Shown: positions 30,062-38,850, counted from the first letter of the stretch. The stretch: DNA of 47,688 nucleotides from Minisyncoccia bacterium (GCA_044341565.1 JBIIRM010000008.1:1-47688), one strand, 5' to 3'. Numbers and translations: made by a program. Notes: generated by a model from the letters alone, not told the origin.

Positions 30062-31408
30062 ATGGCAGGGAATAATTCTCTTGATTCATTTACCAAAAAT
30101 CGCAACGTAATTATTATTGCTGGTGTCGCTATATTAGCTATTGTTATATTGATGCTTGGTAATGCGCTTGGATTCAAAATTGGAGGTGAGAAAAAAGTAC
30201 AAAAAGCAAATTTGGTAGTATGGGGAGTCTGGGATGAAAGTGAGACAATGACGAAATTGGGAAGTGATTTTCGTAAAATATATCCTAATGTAAGTATAGA
30301 ATATCGTAAATTCAAGCCACAAGATTATGAGACAGAACTTATTAATGCTTTAGCTGAGGGACGAGGTCCAGATATATTGGCAATGGAGAGAACTTGGCTT
30401 GGTAAACATAAGAATAAGTTAGCCCCAATGCCAGAAGAAATTATGACACTCAAAGAGTATCAAGATACTTTTGTAGATGTGGTTAATCAAGATTTTATTG
30501 ATGAGGGTAAAATATATGGATTCTCTCTATACACCGATACTTTAGCATTATTATATAACAAAGATGCTTTTAATGATGCTGGAATTGCAAATCCACCAGT
30601 AACTTGGGAAGAATTACAAAGTATAGTACCCAAATTAACTAAAATAGATCAATTTGGTGAGATTAAACAGGCGGGAGTTGCATTAGGTACAGGAGATAAT
30701 ATAAATCGTTCACCAGATGTTTTGATGGCATTAATGTTACAGTCTGGAGCTCAATTTACTGACCCTAAAGATACTAGTAGAATTACTTTTTCTCAAAGTA
30801 AAAATGTCAATGGACAAAATATAAATCCTGCTCAATTATCTTTAGCTTATTATACCGATTTTGCTAATCCTCGAAAAGGAGTATATACCTGGAATTCAAC
30901 CTTAAATAATTCAATAGATGCTTTTTATGAAAGAGAAGTTGCTATGATATTTGGATATTCATATCAGGTAGAAGCAATTAAAGCAAAAGCCCCAAGACTT
31001 AATTTTGCAGTAGCTCCTCTCCCTCAGGTATCTACAGATTCTGGCCTTGCTAATTTTGCAAATTATTGGGGATATGGAGTAAGTGGTCAATCTAAATACC
31101 CAAAAGAAGCCTTTGCATTCCTCAAATCAGCCACTGAAAAGGAAAATGCTCAAGAGTATTTCTTGAAAACCAAGCGCCCAACAGCCAGAAGAGATTTAGT
31201 AGATACACAATCACAAGACATTGATTATGGAGTATTTGTAAAACAAATATTACAAGCTAAAACCTGGAGACAACCCGATAATAATTCAGTAGATAAAATA
31301 TTTATCAATGCTATTAATGGAGTAAATTCAGGATTACTTGACTATAGTAAAGCTATTTCGCAAGCTCAAACAGAAATACAGACATTAGCTGATAATGTGA
31401 AAAAATGA
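30062..31408 (+). CDS. extracellular solute-binding protein (ABC-type, family-1 carbohydrate-binding like) with N-terminal membrane anchor
   Basis: N-terminal TM anchor. LVVWGVWDE...Y...FEK and overall length and composition typical of SBP_bac_1. No permease or ATPase genes are adjacent. Confidence 0.7.
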   Translation: MAGNNSLDSFTKNRNVIIIAGVAILAIVILMLGNALGFKIGGEKKVQKANLVVWGVWDESETMTKLGSDFRKIYPNVSIEYRKFKPQDYETELINALAEGRGPDILAMERTWLGKHKNKLAPMPEEIMTLKEYQDTFVDVVNQDFIDEGKIYGFSLYTDTLALLYNKDAFNDAGIANPPVTWEELQSIVPKLTKIDQFGEIKQAGVALGTGDNINRSPDVLMALMLQSGAQFTDPKDTSRITFSQSKNVNGQNINPAQLSLAYYTDFANPRKGVYTWNSTLNNSIDAFYEREVAMIFGYSYQVEAIKAKAPRLNFAVAPLPQVSTDSGLANFANYWGYGVSGQSKYPKEAFAFLKSATEKENAQEYFLKTKRPTARRDLVDTQSQDIDYGVFVKQILQAKTWRQPDNNSVDKIFINAINGVNSGLLDYSKAISQAQTEIQTLADNVKK

Positions 31409-32730
31409 AATATATAAAGTTCAGTATAGTTTTTGGTATAATATTCTTAGTAGTTTCATTTTTTAGTATTAACTATACTAATGCACAGAGTGCAGATGGA
31501 GCTTGTAGTGCAGGGGCAACATCATTAGAGCAAAACTGTACTTTTCAAAATGGAAGCTCTCGTTTAAATGGAAAATGCCAGGTTAAAGATAAAAATAATC
31601 CAGGTTTAGGATTAACTTGTCGTACTAGCTTAGGATCATCCTGCTCAGGTGATACTTGTCAAAATGGATTAGCCTGTATTAATCAGGTTTGTTCCAGTCC
31701 AAGAGGGGCTAAAACTCAAGGTCAATCTTGTTCAGGGAATGGAAATGAATGTATTGCAGGTCTTGAATGTAGAAATTTTATATGTACAAAAGAAGCTGCC
31801 ATTACTGGTGGAGGGTCTGGGCAAACTGGAGGTGGTCAAGTCGGTACCCCTGGAGGCTCAACAGGGGCAGAAACAGGCCTTGTTAAATGTGGAGTGAGTC
31901 GAGATTGTACTATTTGTGATATATTTATCTTAATTCGAGATATCTTTAATTTTGCTTTAGGGCTACTAGCCTCACTCGCGGTATTAAGTGTTGTTATTGG
32001 TGGGGTCTATGTGTTGACTTCAGCAGGTAATCCTGGAGCGGTAAGTACAGGATATGGCATTATTACCAATGCAGTAATTGGACTATTACTCGTAATGGCA
32101 AGCTTTCTCTTATTTAGTTTCCTTCTTGTGGGGCTTGGATTTCAAGAACAAAATTTCTCAGCTGTACTTACTTTTCAACCAGGTAAAGTATTCGAGGTAA
32201 AATGTGATAATGCTAGTACTTTTAATGATAATGGATCAAATGGAGGAGGGTCTGCTGTACTGGGTAATGGTGGGAGTAACTCATCAACTATAAGTTGTGC
32301 GAGTTTAAATGATTCGGTTAAGGCGGATTTAAATAATGCTAGTTCTCAGACGGGTGTTCCTTCTGAACTATTGGCTGGAATTATGCAAAGAGAATGTCCT
32401 GCAGCCTTTAATAATGCTAATGCTTGTCCAAATGAAAATGGCTCTGGAGCAGCTGGAGCAGGTCAATTTTTACAAAGTAGCTGGAATGAGCTGGGATGTA
32501 GTGGAAGTAGAACGAATCGAAGAGATGCCCTTGTTTGTATGGGGAAACATTTAAAACGGTATAATAAATGTTCTAGTCAATGTAATGGATATTCTAATTT
32601 TTCATCCAGAGCTTGTTCTGATTGTGTGGCAGGAGATTATTGTGGTGCATGTTCAGGTTCATCAGCTTGTGGAGGTAATTATTGTGATGGGGTGTGGAGT
32701 AACTATCAAAAATTTAAAACATGTAAATAA
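31405..32730 (+). CDS. Cys-rich secreted protein: VirB2/TrbC-like pilin hairpin fused to a C-terminal SLT/VirB1-like lytic transglycosylase domain
   Basis: Signal peptide, then a Cys-rich module (many C.G..C spacings). Next comes a pilin-like two-helix region (GGVYVLTSAGNPGAVSTGYGIITNAVIGLLLVMASFLLF) homologous to the downstream small pilins. At the C-terminus SELLAGIMQREC...FNNANA...GSGAAGAGQFLQSSW matches the SLT signature (E-S...GLMQ). Confidence 0.65.
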   Translation: MKYIKFSIVFGIIFLVVSFFSINYTNAQSADGACSAGATSLEQNCTFQNGSSRLNGKCQVKDKNNPGLGLTCRTSLGSSCSGDTCQNGLACINQVCSSPRGAKTQGQSCSGNGNECIAGLECRNFICTKEAAITGGGSGQTGGGQVGTPGGSTGAETGLVKCGVSRDCTICDIFILIRDIFNFALGLLASLAVLSVVIGGVYVLTSAGNPGAVSTGYGIITNAVIGLLLVMASFLLFSFLLVGLGFQEQNFSAVLTFQPGKVFEVKCDNASTFNDNGSNGGGSAVLGNGGSNSSTISCASLNDSVKADLNNASSQTGVPSELLAGIMQRECPAAFNNANACPNENGSGAAGAGQFLQSSWNELGCSGSRTNRRDALVCMGKHLKRYNKCSSQCNGYSNFSSRACSDCVAGDYCGACSGSSACGGNYCDGVWSNYQKFKTCK

Positions 32731-32734
32731 TAAT

Positions 32735-33841
32735 ATGAATAAAATCTTCAGTCTATTTTTACTAATAGCATCTTTCTATTCTATTTCTCCAGTATATGCA
32801 GATACTAGTATATACTCAAGTTTCTTATATCCAAGTTTTGCTGTAAATAATGAAATTTTATATTTTGATCAATATGCAGGAGCTATTGTGAAACAAAATG
32901 TTATTACTGGTGAGAAGTCAGAGATATTTGATTTAATACCTTCTGCTACTAACTTAGTATCAATTTCTCCTGAACAATCTAAAATATTACTTTATCCTCC
33001 TAATATATCATTTCCAAAATATCAAGCACCATTTTTTGATAGTTCAAGAAAATCTCCCGATAATCAATGGTGGGTATATGATTTTAATACAACAAATAAA
33101 ATACTACTAGATGATAAAATTAATTTAGTTGGCTGGTATTCTGATAATGAAATTATATATGTATTTAATAATAAAGATATCACAGTTGCCCCAACCAATG
33201 ACCTATCTAAATTTAATATTCTATACTCTAATATACCATCTAATGTGGATATTAATAAACAAATTATAGCAAATGATAACCATCAAATAATTCCATTAGT
33301 TGATGGTTATCTTGTGGGAAATAAGAAAAACTTTGTATATCAAAAAAGTACTAATTATCAAATTTCAGCCAATCCAAAATTGAATTATTTTTTGGAATAT
33401 AATAATAGTCAGATAAAAGTTTTTGATTGGGATAGTAAGCAAGTAGGTAGTATTATTAATATCAGTAACAGGAAAGCTTTGTTACTGAATAATGATACTA
33501 TAGCTATATTGGCTACAAATGGTAATTTGATACAATATAATTTACAAGGGCAGGAGCAATCAAATGTATCATTAAATCCAATAGTTACTGATATATATTC
33601 GGTTGATCAATCTGGAAATGAACTATTAATTAATCAAAATAATCAAATACGTACTTATAATTTATTAAAAAAAGAGCAGGGAACCATCCTATTATCCACC
33701 AATACTCCTACTCCTAATACTGACACAAATTCAGAGACAGAACAATCCAACACATTAGGGAATATTGCTATTTTAATAGGAGGAATAGTATTCCTTGCTG
33801 GGGGACTGGGGCTATTTATTTGGAAATTAAGAAAAAGATGA
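32735..33841 (+). CDS. secreted repeat/beta-rich protein with C-terminal TM anchor
   Basis: The ATG at 32735 gives a signal peptide MNKIFSLFLLIASFYSISPVYA. A long N/S/Y-rich body follows. The C-terminal anchor is GNIAILIGGIVFLAGGLGLFIWKLRKR. The ORF-track start at 32585 would overlap the upstream gene. Confidence 0.6.
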   Translation: MNKIFSLFLLIASFYSISPVYADTSIYSSFLYPSFAVNNEILYFDQYAGAIVKQNVITGEKSEIFDLIPSATNLVSISPEQSKILLYPPNISFPKYQAPFFDSSRKSPDNQWWVYDFNTTNKILLDDKINLVGWYSDNEIIYVFNNKDITVAPTNDLSKFNILYSNIPSNVDINKQIIANDNHQIIPLVDGYLVGNKKNFVYQKSTNYQISANPKLNYFLEYNNSQIKVFDWDSKQVGSIINISNRKALLLNNDTIAILATNGNLIQYNLQGQEQSNVSLNPIVTDIYSVDQSGNELLINQNNQIRTYNLLKKEQGTILLSTNTPTPNTDTNSETEQSNTLGNIAILIGGIVFLAGGLGLFIWKLRKR

Positions 33842-33871
33842 TATAATTAAAAATAATTAAATACAGATACT

Positions 33872-34711
33872 ATGAAATTAATCATATCTACAGCATTTGG
33901 AATTGTCTTTGCACTAGTATTCTTTAGTAATTCTAATATAACACTTGCTCAATGTGGAAGTGGTCCAAGCTGTACAGGGAATTTTGTTTGTGTGAACGCA
34001 GATGGTACTCCTAAATGTTTGCTAAATCAGGTTAGTAATAATGGTTTATGTGAGGGCGACTCTTCTGTGAAATGTTCAGCAAATCAAGCTTGTATTCAAA
34101 ATAATGCAACAGAAATTGTATGTGCCCCTTTAGCGGGATCATCAGCTAATACAAATTTACCAGGTTCTGGAAGTACAACAACTTGTCCAACCTGTAAATC
34201 TGGTGAAACATGTATTAAGAGTGCAGCAGGACCACTCGTATGTAGATCCGCCGCTACAAATTGTACTCCTGCTTGTACAACAGGTAAGGTGTGTGTTAAA
34301 GCAACGCCAACAGCAACTACTGGAACTTGTGTAGATAATGCGCCTACTCAAGCTGCTGGAGGAGCTGGTGGTAATGGTGCTGGAGGGAATGGATCTTCAG
34401 GAGGAAGTGGTGGTGGCTTATTAGAAGGTCTCAATGCTTTTGGTAGTGCAGATTCTGGACTTAATACAGAGGGAACTCTCATTGGGTTTATTTCTAATAT
34501 TATTCGTTGGATATTAGGACTTCTTGGAACTGTGTTCTTTGTAATCATAGTTTTACAAGGGTATCTTTATATGACATCTTCAGGAGATGCGAGTAAAACA
34601 GCAGCAGCTACGGGGGCTATTACTAATGCAGTAATAGGACTACTGATTATTATGGGAGCTTTCCTCATTACTAATTTTGTGACAAGTGGTTTGATTGCCG
34701 CTGGGTCTTAA
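33872..34711 (+). CDS. Cys-rich/Gly-rich secreted protein with C-terminal VirB2/TrbC-like pilin hairpin
   Basis: Signal peptide, then Cys-rich repeats (C...C.....C), then a G/A/N-rich linker. The C-terminus IIRWILGLLGTVFFVIIVLQGYLYMTSSGDASKTAAATGAITNAVIGLLIIMGAFLI is shared with the paralogs. Confidence 0.65.
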   Translation: MKLIISTAFGIVFALVFFSNSNITLAQCGSGPSCTGNFVCVNADGTPKCLLNQVSNNGLCEGDSSVKCSANQACIQNNATEIVCAPLAGSSANTNLPGSGSTTTCPTCKSGETCIKSAAGPLVCRSAATNCTPACTTGKVCVKATPTATTGTCVDNAPTQAAGGAGGNGAGGNGSSGGSGGGLLEGLNAFGSADSGLNTEGTLIGFISNIIRWILGLLGTVFFVIIVLQGYLYMTSSGDASKTAAATGAITNAVIGLLIIMGAFLITNFVTSGLIAAGS

Positions 34712-34721
34712 TATCTTATAT

Positions 34722-35069
34722 ATGATAGAAGCATTTATATCCAATTTCATCATAGTAACAGCTAAAGCCCAGGAGACATCGCCTCCTCCTATATTAGCTA
34801 TACCTACAGGAACAGGAGTGGGGGAGCAAGGAGATCTGTTTACTTTTGTGTCAGCTATTGTGCAATGGGGATTGGGATTAATAGGGATAGTATTATTTGT
34901 ACTTATACTCTTTTCTGGATTCCAATATGCAACAGCAGGGGGCGACTCTAAAAAAACTGAAGAAGCTATTAGTAGAATTACTTCTGCAGTAATCGGAGTA
35001 TTCATTGTAGGGGTGGCTTTTATACTATCCAATGCAGTATTAGGATTTGTTTTTAGTCTAGGATCTTAA
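34722..35069 (+). CDS. small VirB2/TrbC-like pilin paralog
   Basis: Signal peptide MIEAFISNFIIVTAKAQE. ...IVQWGLGLIGIVLFVLILFSGFQYATAGGDSKKTEEAISRITSAVIGVFIVGVAF. Confidence 0.65.
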   Translation: MIEAFISNFIIVTAKAQETSPPPILAIPTGTGVGEQGDLFTFVSAIVQWGLGLIGIVLFVLILFSGFQYATAGGDSKKTEEAISRITSAVIGVFIVGVAFILSNAVLGFVFSLGS

Positions 35070-35097
35070 TATACTGACTTATCCACAATAGTATCAC

Positions 35098-35126
35098 TTG
35101 CATAGTAATATAAGATATGATAGTAT
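35098..35126 (+). promoter_or_regulatory. sigma70-like promoter (TTGCAT - 17 - TAGTAT) for the pilin gene at 35170
   Basis: TTGCAT at 35098-103, a 17-nt spacer, and TAGTAT at 35121-26. Confidence 0.35.
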
Positions 35127-35169
35127 AAAAACATAGAACATATTATTCAATAATTATTAAGATATTCTT

Positions 35170-35553
35170 ATGAATACTTCCCAGATAAAATCAATAGCAA
35201 CAAGAGCATTATTACCTGTATTAGTATTAGCTCCTACTTTAGCTGGAGCTGCAACTCCCATAAAAGATACTAGAGTCATAGGTGAAATACCTCAAGTAGC
35301 TGGTACTAATCAATCTACTGACCTTGTGGCTACAGTACAAGTGGTTATTCAATGGGCATTAGGATTTATCGGAATTGTAATATTCATTATTTTCTTATTT
35401 GCAGGATTTGAATATGCAACAGCAGGAGGAGATGAAGGAAAAGCAAAAACTGCACAGTCTCGAATGATTAACGCGGTAATTGGACTTATTATTATATTCT
35501 TTGCCTTTGTAGCTTCAAATGCAATATTGTCATTCGTATTCCCAGGAAATTAA
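35170..35553 (+). CDS. small VirB2/TrbC-like pilin paralog
   Basis: Signal peptide. ...VIQWALGFIGIVIFIIFLFAGFEYATAGGDEGKAKTAQSRMINAVIGLIIIFFAF. Confidence 0.7.
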   Translation: MNTSQIKSIATRALLPVLVLAPTLAGAATPIKDTRVIGEIPQVAGTNQSTDLVATVQVVIQWALGFIGIVIFIIFLFAGFEYATAGGDEGKAKTAQSRMINAVIGLIIIFFAFVASNAILSFVFPGN

Positions 35554-35574
35554 TCAAATTGATAGATACTATGA

Positions 35575-35611
35575 AACAATAAAAAGGGATTATATCCCTT
35601 TTTATTGTTTA
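35575..35611. terminator. perfect 16-bp palindrome (AAACAATAAAAAGGGA ttata TCCCTTTTTATTGTTT), likely a bidirectional terminator
   Basis: Exact inverted repeat with a 5-nt loop, 22 nt after the stop of the 35170 pilin gene. Confidence 0.55.
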
Positions 35612-35641
35612 GAGAATACATATTCAAATAGTATAATCTTC

Positions 35642-35670
35642 TTGTCAGATAATAGAATACTTGATATACT
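35642..35670 (+). promoter_or_regulatory. sigma70-like promoter (TTGTCA - 17 - TATACT) for the pilin gene at 35698
   Basis: TTGTCA at 35642-47, a 17-nt spacer, and TATACT at 35665-70. Confidence 0.35.
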
Positions 35671-35697
35671 TGTAATATATAGAATAGTAAAATAGAT

Positions 35698-36114
35698 ATG
35701 AGAGTCTTATTGATTATAATAGCTTTATTGATGGGGGTATTTGTATTAAGTTCTAATATATCTCTAGCTCAAAGAGCCCCTGATGCCACTCTCCCTGGTC
35801 CAGGAACAATCCCAATTAATACCGGAATAGCTGAGGGACCAAGCTTGATAGAAACAGTGTCTATTATTATAAGGTGGATATTAGGATTTATTGGAATTAT
35901 AATATTTATTATATTCCTATATGCAGGATTTGAATATGCAACAGCAGGAGGGGATGAGAAGCAGGCTGAATCAGCTCAAAAAAGAATGGTAAATGCAATC
36001 ATAGGACTGATTATTATATTCTTTGCATTTGTATTGTCGAATGCAGTATTAAGCTTTGTATTTCCTCCAGACGATACAGTAGATGATCCTAATATGCCAT
36101 TAAATGTAAATTAG
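35698..36114 (+). CDS. small VirB2/TrbC-like pilin paralog
   Basis: ...IIRWILGFIGIIIFIIFLYAGFEYATAGGDEKQAESAQKRMVNAIIGLIIIFFAF. Closest paralog of 35170. Confidence 0.7.
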   Translation: MRVLLIIIALLMGVFVLSSNISLAQRAPDATLPGPGTIPINTGIAEGPSLIETVSIIIRWILGFIGIIIFIIFLYAGFEYATAGGDEKQAESAQKRMVNAIIGLIIIFFAFVLSNAVLSFVFPPDDTVDDPNMPLNVN

Positions 36115-36115
36115 T

Positions 36116-36556
36116 ATGAAATATCTATCAATAGTAATAATTGCAATAATGATACTAATGAGTAATCCTTTTATTAGCTTTGCAGGTACCCCATCAGGGG
36201 GAGGAACTACTCCAGCTACGGGTGGTACTCCATCAGGGGGAGGAACTACTCCAGCTACGGGTGGTACTCCCACAACCCCAACTGACAATACTTCTGCTCA
36301 AAGTGTAGGATTTGTGAATCCAATTCGATTTAATTCTATCCCTGAGCTTATAGCAGGTATTATCAATGCTCTCTTGGGTATACTCGGAGCTATTACTGTG
36401 GCAATATTAGTGATGTCAGGATTTAAATATATGACAGCTTCTAATCCAGGAGCAGTAGGGCAAGCTTTAGATGGTATTAGGAATGCAATTGTAGGACTTA
36501 TGATTATTATGGGGGCTTTTCTCATCACACAATATATTATATCTGCTTTGGTGTAA
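36116..36556 (+). CDS. small VirB2/TrbC-like pilin paralog with exact tandem 13-aa repeat in the linker
   Basis: The ATG sits 1 nt after the previous stop. GTPSGGGTTPATG is repeated, encoded by an exact 39-bp tandem duplication (36191-36229 = 36230-36268). The C-terminus is GIINALLGILGAITVAILVMSGFKYMTASNPGAVGQALDGIRNAIVGLMIIMGAFLI. Confidence 0.7.
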   Translation: MKYLSIVIIAIMILMSNPFISFAGTPSGGGTTPATGGTPSGGGTTPATGGTPTTPTDNTSAQSVGFVNPIRFNSIPELIAGIINALLGILGAITVAILVMSGFKYMTASNPGAVGQALDGIRNAIVGLMIIMGAFLITQYIISALV

Positions 36557-36574
36557 ATATTAGATAAAGAAAAA

Positions 36575-36598
36575 CACCCTGTACTTTCGTAAAGGGTG
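36575..36598 (-). terminator. hairpin terminator (CACCCT - 12 nt loop - AGGGTG) followed by a T-run on the minus strand
   Basis: Lies between the convergent genes ending at 36556 (+) and 36613 (-). Confidence 0.5.
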
Positions 36599-36612
36599 CT
36601 ATGTATCTATAC

Positions 36613-37323
36613 TCAGCGAGCTTGTATCACTGGGTATCCAGATTGCCCACCTGGCATCTTCTGGTAATATTCATAATCATTATTAACATCTGCTCCGATA
36701 TTAAATTTCCTTTTAATATCGGGAGTATATTGTTTACCAAATACTCCTAGGGATATTTTGATCCTTTTCCCAGAAAGTGATGAAGGTAAATCGTGGCATT
36801 TAGCGTAAGGCTCAATAACCCTCCAATTGTCACCAATGGTAACCTCTTGATTTATCCAGTGTTTCTCTGGATGGCCAGTCTGTTTGAAGCAGACCTTGAG
36901 AGGTCGTGCTGGGAGATCATACTCACCATCACGATTGATCACGATGGGAGTCATTTCCCCGGGGGGATTGAGTTGTGCCTGCCTTGCACTATGTATGCTC
37001 TGGTTGAAGTTAGCTGAGCAATAGTTCAAGAGGAGAATTACTCCAATCACAGTAGCAGCAAACCTGAGCTTGCTATTGAGTACCGCTGCAATTATAGTAA
37101 TGGCCATCAAAAAGAATATCTCACCATCAGAAATACTTCCTCCGATGAGAATCATTTTGGCCCCCAACCAAAGACCAGCCAAACTAATCAGTAAAACTGA
37201 CCAGTTCAGTCCGCGAGCTTTACTCCACAAATTCCCAGAACTTGCCGGAGATGGGGAGGAGTTTGTGGATGATGAGGTGTTTGAGCCTCTAGATCCACGG
37301 GACCCGTATTGACGATTTGTCAT
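36613..37323 (-). CDS. hypothetical membrane protein (Ser-rich N-terminus, ~3 TM helices, C-terminal soluble domain)
   Basis: Clean ORF. Its G+C is visibly higher than the flanking pilin genes. It has its own promoter and terminator. Confidence 0.6.
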   Translation of the reverse strand: MTNRQYGSRGSRGSNTSSSTNSSPSPASSGNLWSKARGLNWSVLLISLAGLWLGAKMILIGGSISDGEIFFLMAITIIAAVLNSKLRFAATVIGVILLLNYCSANFNQSIHSARQAQLNPPGEMTPIVINRDGEYDLPARPLKVCFKQTGHPEKHWINQEVTIGDNWRVIEPYAKCHDLPSSLSGKRIKISLGVFGKQYTPDIKRKFNIGADVNNDYEYYQKMPGGQSGYPVIQAR

Positions 37324-37346
37324 GATAAAATGAACGAATTACTTTC

Positions 37347-37377
37347 TATATATAGCATATTTTAGGTAAAATGTCAA
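37347..37377 (-). promoter_or_regulatory. sigma70-like promoter on the minus strand (TTGACA - 17 - TATATA)
   Basis: Reverse complement of 37347-37377 reads TTGACAttttacctaaaatatgcTATATA, ~20 nt upstream of the start at 37323. Confidence 0.45.
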
Positions 37378-37389
37378 TATTTATAGACA

Positions 37390-37417
37390 ATAAAAAAGCC
37401 GTGACATTGTCACGGCT
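37390..37417 (-). terminator. rho-independent terminator (AGCCGTGACA tt GTCACGGCT + T-run on the minus strand)
   Basis: GC-rich 9-bp stem followed by TTTTTT on the minus strand, 18 nt past the 3' end of the SPFH gene. Confidence 0.6.
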
Positions 37418-37434
37418 TGGTAATATGCTGCTGA

Positions 37435-38460
37435 TCAGTCTTTGGAAGCTTCGAGAGCTCCCAGGACTTGATTTGCTATATCTTGCCCTTTACCCCCTCC
37501 ATGGAAAATAACTTTGGCATTGGTACCAAGAGTTTTTTCCAAAATAGGATATTGGGCGAGTTTAGCAAAAAGCTGTTGCTCTGAGATATCAGAGCCCATT
37601 GCTCCAGCTTTAATTGCAGCTGTGAATCCTTTGGTTTCAGCCAATAGATTCTCATTCTGTTGCTTAATAACCAGACCACGGGCTGTCTCGCGATCGAGAT
37701 CAGCTTTTTGCTCAGCTTTTGCTATGGCAGATTTATTCTTGGCATCATTGACCTCGGACGGTAACTCTAAATCATCTATATTTATTGCAGATAGCTCAAT
37801 ACCAATATTATCTAGTTTCTTCAGAATGGTCTTACCAAGAGCAAGAGCTTCAATATCCTCTGTAGTATCCATACCCTTAATACGAGATCCATCTTGCTCC
37901 AGACCAAGAGCTTGAAGTAATTGATCAGGAGTCATTGTAGATATTTGAATATCCTGAACCTCTTTACCCGCAGCTATATGCTTGGAGTATTCTTGATAGG
38001 TATGTTGTTGCAGTACTAGACGAATATAAGGGTTCAAGATGCGTTCAGTTGCCTGACGTTCATCCTGATCCTCTGCATTATAGTGCAAGTTATAAACATG
38101 CTTTATTTTTTCCTGCAGAGTATTTCCTTTAATTTGAGCAATTACGCTAACTCTTGCTTCTAGAGTAACATCAGCCAATTCTAATTTGGCAAAGTCATCA
38201 GTACTAGGAGCATCAGATCTATCCTGAGGGGCTACTTTTCTAGGCCCGTCATGTCTAAAAAGATAGACAGGAAACTGGTTGGTTTCATACCATCCAGCTA
38301 ATTTTGATCCCGGTACAATCAGATGAGGTCCCGGAGTAGCAATTTTGGAAAGAATTCCACTCCCATTATGATTTGGACGGCTTCCTAACCATGAAATCAC
38401 ATGAACTTCATCATCAGGTACAATCCAGATAGGGGGGATAAAGAAAGAATCAAAGGCCAT
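37435..38460 (-). CDS. SPFH/band-7 (stomatin/prohibitin/flotillin-like) domain protein, no N-terminal TM helix
   Basis: N-terminus VPDDEVHVISWLG....ILSKIATPGPHLIVPG resembles the SPFH core (V.ERFGK...L.PGLHF.IP). The central region is charged and A/E/K-rich, coiled-coil-like. Confidence 0.7.
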   Translation of the reverse strand: MAFDSFFIPPIWIVPDDEVHVISWLGSRPNHNGSGILSKIATPGPHLIVPGSKLAGWYETNQFPVYLFRHDGPRKVAPQDRSDAPSTDDFAKLELADVTLEARVSVIAQIKGNTLQEKIKHVYNLHYNAEDQDERQATERILNPYIRLVLQQHTYQEYSKHIAAGKEVQDIQISTMTPDQLLQALGLEQDGSRIKGMDTTEDIEALALGKTILKKLDNIGIELSAINIDDLELPSEVNDAKNKSAIAKAEQKADLDRETARGLVIKQQNENLLAETKGFTAAIKAGAMGSDISEQQLFAKLAQYPILEKTLGTNAKVIFHGGGKGQDIANQVLGALEASKD

Positions 38461-38578
38461 TTTGTGAATGAACGAGGGACTTCTTATTCATAACACAAAA
38501 TCATAAATTTGTCAACTCATAATAACAGGTGTATATACATAAAATTATTCCGACTCAGGTCAATGAGTACTTATAATG

Positions 38579-38775
38579 TCCTCCCTTGGGGGAGGTGGGG
38601 AAAGGGGTCGGGAAAACGAGAGGTTTCACAGGAGCAAATTTTATTTGCGACGGAGGAGGATAATTCAAAAAGTCCACACCCACCGCTAACGCGGTACCCC
38701 CTCGCCAGCGAGTGACAGATTTAATATCCTCCCCCGGGGGAGGATAAAATAGTACAGGCGACTGAAAGGTCGCCC
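38579..38775. repeat. GC-rich hairpin-module element, copy B
   Basis: CCTCCCttGGGGGAGG, then a core (38597-38660: GGGGAAAGGGGTCGGGAAAACGAGAGGTTTCACAGGAGCAAATtttATTTGCGACGGAGGA) that is a deletion variant of copy A's core. Then AGTCCACACCC, CCCTCGCCAGCGAG, CCTCCCCCGGGGGAGG, GGCGACtgaaagGTCGCC. Confidence 0.5.
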
Positions 38776-38821
38776 CTACAAAATTGATAATTCACAACTA
38801 TTACTTCATCTCAACCTTGTA

Positions 38822-38850
38822 TTGACAAATAGCACTATATATACTACAAT
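38822..38850 (+). promoter_or_regulatory. sigma70-like promoter (TTGACA - 17 - TACAAT) of the rpsL-rpsG-fusA operon
   Basis: TTGACA at 38822-27, a 17-nt spacer, and TACAAT at 38845-50, ~80 nt upstream of the rpsL ATG. Confidence 0.5.

Noticed and set aside
32585-32734. 150-nt 5' extension of ORF 32585..33841
   Set aside because: It overlaps the end of the preceding Cys-rich gene. The ATG at 32735 yields a classical signal peptide.
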